A stretch of DNA of 64,000 nt from Zavarzinia sp. (GTDB lineage: Bacteria; Pseudomonadota; Alphaproteobacteria; Zavarziniales; Zavarziniaceae): positions 3,744-67,743 of the forward strand of contig JAOZVS010000089.1 in NCBI GenBank assembly GCA_025869435.1, written 5' to 3'. The position numbers and the translations under genes were made by a program. Below the pieces are notes generated by a model, which had not been told where the DNA came from, ran no database searches, and saw only the letters and a program-made list of their open reading frames with translations. Below are positions 1 to 8,720 of the stretch, piece by piece. Position 1 is the first letter of the stretch. Every line of letters begins with the position of its first letter.

Positions 1-603
1 GATGTCCGCCGCCTCGACAAGCTGATTTCCGAAATATCGGACGCCTCGCGCCTCGATGCCGAAATGGCGCGCGACCGGCGCCGACCCGTCGCCCTCGACG
101 GCCTGCTGAAGGGCATTATCGACACGTACACCGACCTGAAGCGCGAAGGCGGACCAGCCTTCGAGCTGACCGTCGCCACCGAGGCCCGCGATCTTGCCGT
201 CTTCGGCGCCGCGGAACAGCTGGGCCGGGTGTTCCGCAATCTGATCGACAATGCGATTTCCTTTTCACCCGAAGGCGGCAAGGTCCGCGTCGCCCTGGTC
301 CGGGATGGCCGCGACCTGGTGGCACGGGTCGAGGACGACGGGCCGGGCATTCCCGACGAAGCCCTGACCCGCATCTTCGAGCGATTCTATACCGAACGTC
401 CGAACGAGCAGATCGGCAGTCATTCGGGCCTTGGTCTCGCCATCGTGCGTCAGATCGTCGAAGGCCACGACGGAAGCATTACCGCCAGCAACCGCCCCGG
501 CACCGCCGACACGGCGGCGGGCGCCTGTTTCACCGTGCGCCTGCCCGCCCTCATCGAGAAACCCCGCCGCGGCAACCGACCTCTCGCCTCCGACATCGAT
601 TGA
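1..603 (+). CDS. chvG: Sensor histidine kinase ChvG/ExoS, C-terminal part (5' truncated by window)
   Basis: Frame open from base 1: DVRRLDKLISEISDASRLDAEM, then HATPase boxes NLIDNA, DDGPG, FERFYTERP, SGLGLAI; sits upstream of hprK-rapZ-EIIA-HPr as is typical in alphaproteobacteria. Confidence 0.9.
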   Translation, partial: DVRRLDKLISEISDASRLDAEMARDRRRPVALDGLLKGIIDTYTDLKREGGPAFELTVATEARDLAVFGAAEQLGRVFRNLIDNAISFSPEGGKVRVALVRDGRDLVARVEDDGPGIPDEALTRIFERFYTERPNEQIGSHSGLGLAIVRQIVEGHDGSITASNRPGTADTAAGACFTVRLPALIEKPRRGNRPLASDID

Positions 604-634
604 CGAGGCGGTGCGGGCAGCGCAATTTGCCGCC

Positions 635-1084
635 ATGCCGGCTTTCGTACCCCTGCTGCTTCATGCCACCTGCGTCGCTCTCGGCCCGCGCGGCGTCCTG
701 TTGCGTGGCCCATCCGGCGCCGGCAAGTCGGATCTTGCCCTGCGTCTCGTCGATCGCGGGGCCTGGCTCGTCGCCGACGATCAGGTCGAGGTGACAGTCG
801 AGGCCAGCGAGCTCATCGCCCGTTGCCCGGCGGCGATCCACGGTCTGCTCGAGGTGCGGGGCCTTGGCCTCGTCAACATGCCGGCCGCGCGCCAGATCCC
901 CCTCGCCCTCGTCGCCGATCTGTTTCCCGTCGGCGATATCCCGCGCCTGCCGGCCGACGAACGGGTGAGCATCGCCGACATCAGCCTGTCACGGATCGCG
1001 CTTAATCCCTTCGAACAATCGGCGCCGATCAAGCTGGAGATGGCCCTTGCCCTCGTCGGCGGCACACTCGAGGTCAGACGATGA
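635..1084 (+). CDS. hprK: HPr kinase/phosphorylase, short alphaproteobacterial form
   Basis: LHATCV, Walker A GPSGAGKS, LVADD, LLEVRGLG signature; ATG at 635. Confidence 0.9.
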   Translation: MPAFVPLLLHATCVALGPRGVLLRGPSGAGKSDLALRLVDRGAWLVADDQVEVTVEASELIARCPAAIHGLLEVRGLGLVNMPAARQIPLALVADLFPVGDIPRLPADERVSIADISLSRIALNPFEQSAPIKLEMALALVGGTLEVRR

Positions 1085-1992
1085 ACGAATCCCCCCTGGG
1101 ACTCGAAATTGCCGGGAGCGACAGGCGCCCCGGCGCGCTGCCGGTCATCCTGGTCACCGGCCTGTCCGGCGCCGGCAAGGCGACGGCGATGAAGGCGCTC
1201 GAGGATCTCGGCTATGAGACGATCGACAATCTGCCCCTGACCTTCCTGTCCGCCCTTCTGTCGCCCGGGGCCGAGCATCCGGCGCGCGGCGTCGCCATCA
1301 ATGTCGACATCCGCAGCCGGGGTTTCGTCGCCGAGCAATTCCTGCGCCGGGTCGAATCACTGCGGGCGCGGCCCGATCTCGAACTGCAGGTGCTTTTTCT
1401 CGATTGCGCCGAAGTGGTCCTGGCCCAGCGCTACACCGAAACCCGTCGCCGCCACCCCATGGCGGAGGAGCGGCCGGTGGCCGATGGCATCGCCCTCGAA
1501 CAGCGCCTGATGAGCGATATCCGCGACGAAGCGGACGAGGTGATCGACACCACGCTGCTCAGCATCAACGATCTGAAGCGCCTGATCGCCGGGCTGTTCC
1601 CGCTCGACGCCAACGCCGGGCTTTCGGTTTCGGTCATGTCCTTCTCGTTCAAGAAGGGCCTGCCGCGCGAGGCGGATCTCGTTTTCGACGTGCGCTTCCT
1701 CGCCAATCCCCATTGGGTGCCCGCGCTGCGCCCCGGCACCGGCAGGGATGCCGAGGTCGGCGCCCATATCATGGCCGATCCCGCCTTCGCCGAATTCGAC
1801 GAAAGGGTCTCGGGTATGCTCACCTTCCTCGTCCCACTCTACCGCCGGGAGGGGAAATCCTATCTTACCATCGCTTTTGGGTGTACTGGCGGCCGCCATC
1901 GCTCGGTCTTTATGGCCGAACGCATCGGCGGGGTCTTGCGCGAAAGCGGTCATCGCGTCACCGTCATACATCGCGATACGGTGTTCGCTTGA
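1081..1992 (+). CDS. rapZ: RNase adapter RapZ (YhbJ/YvcJ family P-loop protein)
   Basis: TGLSGAGK, DNLP, ETRRRHP, DVRFLANP, GCTGGRHRSV motifs. Confidence 0.95.
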   Translation: MNESPLGLEIAGSDRRPGALPVILVTGLSGAGKATAMKALEDLGYETIDNLPLTFLSALLSPGAEHPARGVAINVDIRSRGFVAEQFLRRVESLRARPDLELQVLFLDCAEVVLAQRYTETRRRHPMAEERPVADGIALEQRLMSDIRDEADEVIDTTLLSINDLKRLIAGLFPLDANAGLSVSVMSFSFKKGLPREADLVFDVRFLANPHWVPALRPGTGRDAEVGAHIMADPAFAEFDERVSGMLTFLVPLYRREGKSYLTIAFGCTGGRHRSVFMAERIGGVLRESGHRVTVIHRDTVFA

Positions 1993-1999
1993 GGTTGTC

Positions 2000-2419
2000 T
2001 TGTCGAATGGAGCCATAATCGGCCTGGTGCTGGTGACTCACGGTCGCCTGGCTGAAGAGTTCATAGCGGCGACGGAACACGTCGTCGGGCCGCAACAGGC
2101 GATGCGGGCGATCTGCATCGGCGCCGAGGACGATATGGAACGGCGTCGGATCGACATTGTCGATGCCGTCTCCGCCGTTGATCGGGGCAAGGGGGTCATC
2201 ATTCTCACCGACATGTTCGGCGGGACGCCCTCCAATCTGGCCATTTCCGTGCTCGGTCCCGGCATCGAGGTGATTGCCGGGGTGAACCTGCCCATGCTGA
2301 TCAAGCTGGCCAGCGTCCGCACCAAGATGACCCTGACCGAAGCGGTCAATGCCGCCCAGGACGCCGGCAAGAAATATATCTCGGTCGCGTCAGCCCATCT
2401 CGCCGGGGAGCAGGCGTGA
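2000..2419 (+). CDS. PTS mannose/fructose-type EIIA component
   Basis: IGLVLVTHG, TDMFGGTPSN, GVNLPML; no ATG available, start is TTG at 2000 (GAGG upstream) or ATA at 2015. Confidence 0.9.
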   Translation: MSNGAIIGLVLVTHGRLAEEFIAATEHVVGPQQAMRAICIGAEDDMERRRIDIVDAVSAVDRGKGVIILTDMFGGTPSNLAISVLGPGIEVIAGVNLPMLIKLASVRTKMTLTEAVNAAQDAGKKYISVASAHLAGEQA

Positions 2420-2697
2420 GCGAAGGCGACAATCCCAGGGTGCTGAAGATCTGCAACAAGCGCGGCCTCCACGCCCGCGCCGCGGCCAAATTCGTCAGCA
2501 CGGCCAGCCGCTTCGATGCCGAAGTGAAGGTCACCAAGGACGGCACCACCGTCACCGGCACCTCGATCATGGGCCTGATGATGCTGGCCGCCGCCATCGG
2601 CACCTGCATCGAGGTCAGCGCCGCCGGCCACGACGCGGATGCCGCGCTCGATGCGATCGGCGATCTCGTCGCCAACCGTTTCAACGAGGAAGAATAG
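2416..2697 (+). CDS. ptsH: Phosphocarrier protein HPr/NPr
   Basis: NKRGLHARAA (phospho-His) and TSIMGLMML (regulatory Ser). Confidence 0.93.
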   Translation: MSEGDNPRVLKICNKRGLHARAAAKFVSTASRFDAEVKVTKDGTTVTGTSIMGLMMLAAAIGTCIEVSAAGHDADAALDAIGDLVANRFNEEE

Positions 2698-2705
2698 GGC
2701 CGCCG

Positions 2706-3884
2706 TCAGCGCGGAGCGCGCCGTTCGATCGCGACCACCCGCCCCGCGCGCAGGCGATAGGTGCAATGGCCCCAGACCACCCGGCGCCGATCCAGGCTGA
2801 GCAGGAATGCCAGCAGATTCACGCCGTGAACCAGCGGCAGCACCAGCGGCAACAGGCGCGATGCCCGCTCCGCCATCCGCTGCCCCGTTGACGCGATCCC
2901 GGCGCGCCGGGCCAGACGGCGGCGCTGTCCGTCCGCCAGGGCGACAATGCCGGCCCCGAGGCCGAAAGCCACCAGCCCCCAGCCGCCCCGCAGCGCCAGC
3001 AGCCACAGGCTGACCGAGCCGAAGAGATTGAGCGCCAGCGTCAGCCCCGCCCAGGCCCAGAGCCAGGGCTGATAGAGCAGGAACATCTGATACTGCCGCC
3101 GCCCGAAGCCGAGCAGCGAGGCCAGCGAATGGCGGAAGGGCGTCGGCACCAGCACGGCGCCGCGAAAGATGATCTTCAGCCCAGCCCGCCGCGCCGCGCC
3201 GGCCAGCGCCAGATCGTCCGAGATTTCCCGCTCGAACAGGGCCGGCAGATCGAGGGTGCGCACCACGTCGCGCTTCAGCGCGAGGGAGCCGCCCCAGGTC
3301 AGCCAGCCCCGGTTGGGCTTGGGCAGGCCCGCCACCGCCCGATCGGCCCAGGTGCCGAGGATGGTGGCGAGACCGGCATCACCGGGCACGGGCCAGCGAT
3401 AGCCGGTGACGATATCGGCCGCACCCCGCGCCAGGGGCCGCAGCAGATGGGCGAGCCAGTCGCGCGGCGGCTCGATATCGGCATCGGCGAGGACGATGAA
3501 GGGCGCGTCTTCACCGTGAAGCCGCAGGGCCGCCGCGAGGTTCCGGCACTTCTGGCTGCCCGCGACCGTCTCGCCGGCGACGACGACGGAAACCGGAAGG
3601 GGCGCGGCCAGCGCCGCGATCCGGCCATGGGCCGGGTCATCCACCGATTCGACGGTGAAGACCACCGCCCTCGGCCGGCAGCTTTGCGCCGACAGCGCCG
3701 CCATCAGGCGCTCCAGCCCGGGCAGCGCGCCGGTGGCCGGGATGATGACCACGGCATCGGCGACCACCGCTTCCGTCAGGGGCGGCACCCGGCGGCGCAT
3801 CAGGTCGGCGCTCCACAGCGCGACCAGCGCGCCGGCAAGTCCGATACCGCCACCCGCCACGAGAAGCGCGTCGCCGAGGCTCAT
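2706..3884 (-). CDS. Membrane glycosyltransferase, GT2/ceramide-glucosyltransferase-like
   Basis: N-terminal TM, QKCRNL, DAD, TGYRW, WGGS, ISDD, RRQY, C-terminal TMs; ATG overlaps the P450 stop (ATGA). Confidence 0.8.
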   Translation of the reverse strand: MSLGDALLVAGGGIGLAGALVALWSADLMRRRVPPLTEAVVADAVVIIPATGALPGLERLMAALSAQSCRPRAVVFTVESVDDPAHGRIAALAAPLPVSVVVAGETVAGSQKCRNLAAALRLHGEDAPFIVLADADIEPPRDWLAHLLRPLARGAADIVTGYRWPVPGDAGLATILGTWADRAVAGLPKPNRGWLTWGGSLALKRDVVRTLDLPALFEREISDDLALAGAARRAGLKIIFRGAVLVPTPFRHSLASLLGFGRRQYQMFLLYQPWLWAWAGLTLALNLFGSVSLWLLALRGGWGLVAFGLGAGIVALADGQRRRLARRAGIASTGQRMAERASRLLPLVLPLVHGVNLLAFLLSLDRRRVVWGHCTYRLRAGRVVAIERRAPR

Positions 3885-5293
3885 TCGGCGGCGGCGGCGG
3901 AATCGGCCGGCGCATCCCGGCGGGTCAGGCTCAGCATGACGCCATTTTCCGACCGCAGGGTCAGGCGGGCGACCGGCTTCGGCACATGGCCCGGCACCGT
4001 CTCGAAGCGATAGCGGCGAACAAGGCTGGCGAGGATCAGCGCCGCTTCCTGCTGGGCGAAGGCGGCGCCAAGACACACGCGCGGCCCCATGCTGAACGGC
4101 AGGTAAGCGCAGCGCGCCGCCTCGATCCCCTTGTCGGTGTTGAAACGATCGGCGTCGAATTCATCCGGCGCGTCCCAATGATCGCGGTTCCGGTGCAGCA
4201 TCCAGGGCGAGATGAAGACGATCGAGCCGGGCCCCACCGTCTTGCCCCTCATGCATTCCGTCGTCGCGGGCTCACGGGCGATGAAGGCGACCGGCGGATA
4301 GAGCCGCAGCGATTCGCGGAAGACATCGCGCAGGTAATCCATGGCGCGGAGATCGCCCAGTTCGGGCGCCCGCTCCGGCCCGAGGACGCCAAGGATTTCC
4401 CCGTGCAGGCGCTCCTGCACATCGGGCTGGCTGGCGATCAGGTACAATGTCCAGGCAAGGGCACTGGCCGAGGTCTCGTGCCCGGCAAGGAACAGCATCG
4501 CCACCTGTTCGTAGAGTTCGCGAAAGCCGAAAGGCTCGCTGTTCCCGGGGTCGCGGGCCTCGATCATGGCGGCGAGGAAATCGCGTTCCGGCGGGGTCTT
4601 GCCGGCGGCGATCAGGTCCAGTCGCTCCTGGATCAGGGGCTCCAGCAGGCCGCGAATCTCGCGCGCCGTCGCGTTCGCCTCGCGGTTGCGGCGGACATGG
4701 AAGAACGTCGGCACCCGGAACACCCGCAACATGCCGAGACCGTAGGCGATCTCCTGAAAGCGGTTGAAGGCCGTGAAGATCTGCTCGGCCTTGTCGCGGG
4801 CCAGGGTCTTGCTGAAAATCGTGCGCAGGATGATGTCGGCGGTGACATGGGTCGTTTCGATGTCGATCGGCTGGGGGCTGCCATCGGCGACGAGGTCCAG
4901 CCGGTCGATCATCGCCTGCGTCGCATCCCGCATCTGACCGAAGACCAGCTTGACCCGCGTCGCTTCGAAAGCCGGGGTCAGCATCGCCCGCTGGCGCCGC
5001 CACAGCGCCCCGTTCGAGGTGAAGATACTGTCGCCCATCAGGCGTTTCAGCATGAAGGAGAGAATATCGCTCTTCGGGTAATTGTCCGCCTGATCGACCA
5101 GCACCCGGCGGATCAGCGGCGGATCGTTCAGCATGAAGAAACGCCGCGTGGGCAGCCGGAACTGCCCCATCTTCATGCTGTAGGCCTTGTCCGACAGCAC
5201 CGACAACCCGTCGCGCAGCCAGGCCGGCAACACGCGCCAGAACGGCAACCCACCCGGCTTGGGCTCGGGCTTCGGGGGCTTGAAACCGGCCAT
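3881..5293 (-). CDS. Cytochrome P450
   Basis: I-helix AGHETS, ExxR (ESLR), heme ligand PFSMGPRVCLG. Confidence 0.96.
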   Translation of the reverse strand: MAGFKPPKPEPKPGGLPFWRVLPAWLRDGLSVLSDKAYSMKMGQFRLPTRRFFMLNDPPLIRRVLVDQADNYPKSDILSFMLKRLMGDSIFTSNGALWRRQRAMLTPAFEATRVKLVFGQMRDATQAMIDRLDLVADGSPQPIDIETTHVTADIILRTIFSKTLARDKAEQIFTAFNRFQEIAYGLGMLRVFRVPTFFHVRRNREANATAREIRGLLEPLIQERLDLIAAGKTPPERDFLAAMIEARDPGNSEPFGFRELYEQVAMLFLAGHETSASALAWTLYLIASQPDVQERLHGEILGVLGPERAPELGDLRAMDYLRDVFRESLRLYPPVAFIAREPATTECMRGKTVGPGSIVFISPWMLHRNRDHWDAPDEFDADRFNTDKGIEAARCAYLPFSMGPRVCLGAAFAQQEAALILASLVRRYRFETVPGHVPKPVARLTLRSENGVMLSLTRRDAPADSAAAAE

Positions 5294-5297
5294 TTCC

Positions 5298-6539
5298 CTA
5301 TCTCCGCTTGCGCGGGGCAGTTTCGGGGAAGCGATCGGCCAAGGCAAGCGGCCCGGCGCAAAGGGCGAAGAAGTCGCACCTGCCCTGCCGCTGGGTCGCC
5401 ATCAGGTAGAGCGTATGCATCAGGCCGAGATCACGCTTCAGGACGGCATAACGATCGGCATCGAACAGCTTGTGGAAACGGGGCGAGGTCAACAGCGGGC
5501 TGACCCGTTCCCCCGCCGCCCGCTCGTGGCCCGCCAGCGTCAGGGGATCGACCATGGGGAAACACACGACATCGGCCCCGGCGCAGGCATCGATCCAGGT
5601 CACAGCGGGATCAAGCGCGATGGCCGCGATCTCGTCCCGGAACCAGGTACAGCGCGGCTCGACCGCCAGAAGCGGCGTCATGGCGCCAAGGGTGACGAAA
5701 CCGATACGCGACAAGCCATCGAAATCCGACCGGCGGCGGCGAAGCGCGCGGCCCAGCGCCGAAATGGCGACCGTGGTGCCGACACTGTGACCGATGACGA
5801 GGAATTCGTCGCAATCCCCCCTGGCCGCCTCGTCCGCGATCAGATCGGCCATCTGATCCATCCGGGTCTCGAGCGGCGCGGCCTCGTGATAGATCTGCCG
5901 GCAGTAGAAATTCACGAGCTGGCCGCGCCACAGCACGCTGCCCGTCCTCTCGATGAAGGCAAGGACCCGGGGCACGCCCAGCAGTCCGAGCGGAATGCCG
6001 GCCAGAACGGCGATGGCGGGCAGCGGCGTGAAGGCGAGGATCGCCGCCAGCACGGCGCAGGCGATCAGCGGCAGGCCGAGCAGTACCAGCGACAGGATCG
6101 CGACCGGCTGCATGATGGTCAGCAGATAGACCGGCCGCACCCGGTAGATGCGGCGGAAATAGCCGATCCAGCTGCCCCGGAGGAGCGTGCGCGCCGTCTC
6201 GAATACAAACGACCAGTCGGCCTTCGGCCACATCACCCGGGCGACATCATCCCAGCGCAGGAAACCGAAACGGCTTTCGGTCACGACATCCTGGCCGTCG
6301 ATCAGGTTCTTGCCGGTCATGGTCCATTCGACCAGCAAGGGGCCCGCCGACTTGCGGCCACCCAGGGCATAGTCCGTCCGGTTGCTGGCTGATGCCGCGG
6401 CCTTGGCGGCCTCGCCGCGCCAAAGCTCGTGGTAGTGCCGGGCCCCTCGCGGATCGAAGCCGCTGATGAAGAGCACGCGCCGGCGCCGGATGCGGCGATC
6501 GCCGGGGGAACGCGGTGCGGTCGCTTCACTCATCGCCAT
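5298..6539 (-). CDS. Membrane-associated putative alpha/beta-hydrolase-fold protein (P450-associated family)
   Basis: RRVLFISGFDPRG N-terminus, two central TM helices, nucleophile-elbow-like GHSVG, late D and H candidates. Confidence 0.7.
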   Translation of the reverse strand: MAMSEATAPRSPGDRRIRRRRVLFISGFDPRGARHYHELWRGEAAKAAASASNRTDYALGGRKSAGPLLVEWTMTGKNLIDGQDVVTESRFGFLRWDDVARVMWPKADWSFVFETARTLLRGSWIGYFRRIYRVRPVYLLTIMQPVAILSLVLLGLPLIACAVLAAILAFTPLPAIAVLAGIPLGLLGVPRVLAFIERTGSVLWRGQLVNFYCRQIYHEAAPLETRMDQMADLIADEAARGDCDEFLVIGHSVGTTVAISALGRALRRRRSDFDGLSRIGFVTLGAMTPLLAVEPRCTWFRDEIAAIALDPAVTWIDACAGADVVCFPMVDPLTLAGHERAAGERVSPLLTSPRFHKLFDADRYAVLKRDLGLMHTLYLMATQRQGRCDFFALCAGPLALADRFPETAPRKRR

Positions 6540-7527
6540 TCCCCGCTCCGTGGCCTTTACCGGAAAGATCCGGGAATTCCATTTCACCAGCCCGACCGGC
6601 CCAGGCCATGACCGCGCGCCAGCCGGCCGCCGCGCCCGCGACCAGCGCCGTGCGCCGCTTTTCCATCCGGCGGACCCCGGCCCCCACACCCACTGGTGTC
6701 ACCACCGACAGCCAGGCACCGCCCGGCAGGTTGTCGGCGGCGAGCAGTCGGCCCAGCGCGGCGTAACGCGCGGGCCGGGTCGCGAAGGCGGCGGCGATCG
6801 CCGGTGACAGGCGCCGCGCCAGCAAGCGGCGCAGCATGGGGCCACCGCCGCCGCCGGCGATACGCTGCGCGTCGGGCCTCGTGATCAGGGCAAGAACATG
6901 GGTCGCCCCTTCCGCCTCGGCGAGCGCGGTCGCGACCGGCGCCGAAAGCGCCCCGTCGACCAGCATCGCCCCGCCCGGCCCCGCCACCGGCGGCCCGCCC
7001 AGCAGCGGCACCCTTGTCGAGGCGCGCAGGGCCTGCATCACCTCGCCATGGCGGCGAAAGCCGGTCAGGGCCACGGGCGCGGCATCGGCCACCCTGGTCG
7101 CCATCATGGTGAGCGGAATGGCCGATGCCATCAGACGCGCCGTGTCCAGCGGCTTGATCGCGGTCATGACGTGATCGATCAGATAATCGACATTCATCAC
7201 CGGCCGCCGCCGGAACACCCGGGCGACACTGAGAAAGCGGCCGTTGTTGATATCCTCGTAGAAGATCCTCGTGCCGCGCAGGGCCTGCCCCGCCAGCAGA
7301 TAGGCGCCGGCGCAGGCCCCGGCCGAGGTGCCATAGACCGCGTCGAAAGCCGGCACGAGGCCAAGATGGTCGAGCGCGGAGACCATGCCACCGGCGATGA
7401 CGCCGCGCATTCCGCCGCCTTCAATGACGAGGGCAAGCCGATACCCGTCCCCCCGCGCCCCCGGCCGCGATCCGTCGCGCGACCGCGCGAGCGCGAGGGC
7501 GGCGACCGGGTCGGGAGCCTGCGCCAT
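6526..7527 (-). CDS. Patatin-like phospholipase
   Basis: EGGGMRG oxyanion loop, GTSAG catalytic Ser, DGA catalytic Asp. Confidence 0.9.
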   Translation of the reverse strand: MAQAPDPVAALALARSRDGSRPGARGDGYRLALVIEGGGMRGVIAGGMVSALDHLGLVPAFDAVYGTSAGACAGAYLLAGQALRGTRIFYEDINNGRFLSVARVFRRRPVMNVDYLIDHVMTAIKPLDTARLMASAIPLTMMATRVADAAPVALTGFRRHGEVMQALRASTRVPLLGGPPVAGPGGAMLVDGALSAPVATALAEAEGATHVLALITRPDAQRIAGGGGGPMLRRLLARRLSPAIAAAFATRPARYAALGRLLAADNLPGGAWLSVVTPVGVGAGVRRMEKRRTALVAGAAAGWRAVMAWAGRAGEMEFPDLSGKGHGAGNGDE

Positions 7528-7535
7528 CCGCCGGG

Positions 7536-8564
7536 TCAGAAGTTGAAGGTCAGCGCGGCGCTGCCATATTCGAAGGCGTGCGGCTGTGCCTCGAATTCCT
7601 CCGACCGCTTCACATAGGTCGCGTTGAAGCGCATGCCGATGGCATAGACGACGAAGCCGACATTGAATTCGCCGACCAGCGTCTTCTTGTCGACATTGGG
7701 CGAATCCTCGAACGTGTTGCCGTCGAGGAAGACGTCGCGGGCGCTGGCCCAGCCTTCAAACCCGGTGAAGACATACCAGCCGGCGCCACGGCGGATCACC
7801 GGCACCGGCGCGCTGCCCGCCGGCCGCACCCGGGGCAGGCCGAAATCGGCATCGAGCTTGTTGCCAAGGCGCAGCAGGGCGCCCGCGCCGGCATAGGTCT
7901 GGACGTTGCCGATCGCGGCATTCACATGCGGAACAAGGTCGATGCCGATGCTGCGGGTCAGCTCCAGCGGCGGCGTGCGCCAGCGCCGCGACAGGCCGAT
8001 CAGCAGGCCAGGCTCGTCCGACAGCTGCTCGTCCCAGCCCTGCGACTTGTTCGAGCCGATCAGATTGTGGGTGATGTCCTGGATCTGCTCGCCAAGAGCC
8101 GAGGGACCGACCACGCCGGCCTGGACCTCGAGCGTGTTCTGGGCATAGCGGTTCTCGGATACCGCCAGCGCCGAGAGATAGAGCCAGCCGGCATAGGGCC
8201 GGTCCTTGGGGTCCGGCGGGTTCAGGGATTCATCCGCCGGCTCGTAGATGTTCTGGCCGAGCGCCAGTTCCCAGCGGCTGCGGCCGGCCTGACCGAAGAT
8301 CCACGAATTGGCCGCGACCAGCGGGGCGAAGACGAAAGCGGGCGCCGGCGCGGGCTTCGAGAAGATCAGCTTCACGCCGCTCGTGTACCATTCGTCGGTG
8401 CCGTTCAGCTTGTCGTTCTCCATGACGAGCGTGAAGCTGGCGCGGCGGGAGGTCGCCCCCGAAGCCGCCCCCGCATCGTCTGTTTCGGCACGGACCGGCG
8501 CGGTGGCCGACAGAGCCGCCAGCCCCGCCAGCGCGGCAATCCCGAATATCCGTGTCAAAGCCAT
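7536..8564 (-). CDS. LpxR-family outer-membrane lipid A deacylase-like beta-barrel
   Basis: Signal peptide, END...D.WYTSG, GQNIY.P, DRPYAGWLY, Q..H, FLDGNTF, C-terminal Phe. Confidence 0.88.
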   Translation of the reverse strand: MALTRIFGIAALAGLAALSATAPVRAETDDAGAASGATSRRASFTLVMENDKLNGTDEWYTSGVKLIFSKPAPAPAFVFAPLVAANSWIFGQAGRSRWELALGQNIYEPADESLNPPDPKDRPYAGWLYLSALAVSENRYAQNTLEVQAGVVGPSALGEQIQDITHNLIGSNKSQGWDEQLSDEPGLLIGLSRRWRTPPLELTRSIGIDLVPHVNAAIGNVQTYAGAGALLRLGNKLDADFGLPRVRPAGSAPVPVIRRGAGWYVFTGFEGWASARDVFLDGNTFEDSPNVDKKTLVGEFNVGFVVYAIGMRFNATYVKRSEEFEAQPHAFEYGSAALTFNF

Positions 8565-8720
8565 CTCGATACCCCCCGACAAGCGCGGCGGATGTTACGG
8601 GGCCGGGCCGCGCGCCGTCAACGGAACTGCCCCTGCTTTGGGACTTGCAGGCGACGTGATCTCTGTCACCCTCCCCGGACTATTCGTCTGCTATAGCCGT
8701 CATGGGGGTACGGCACCAAC

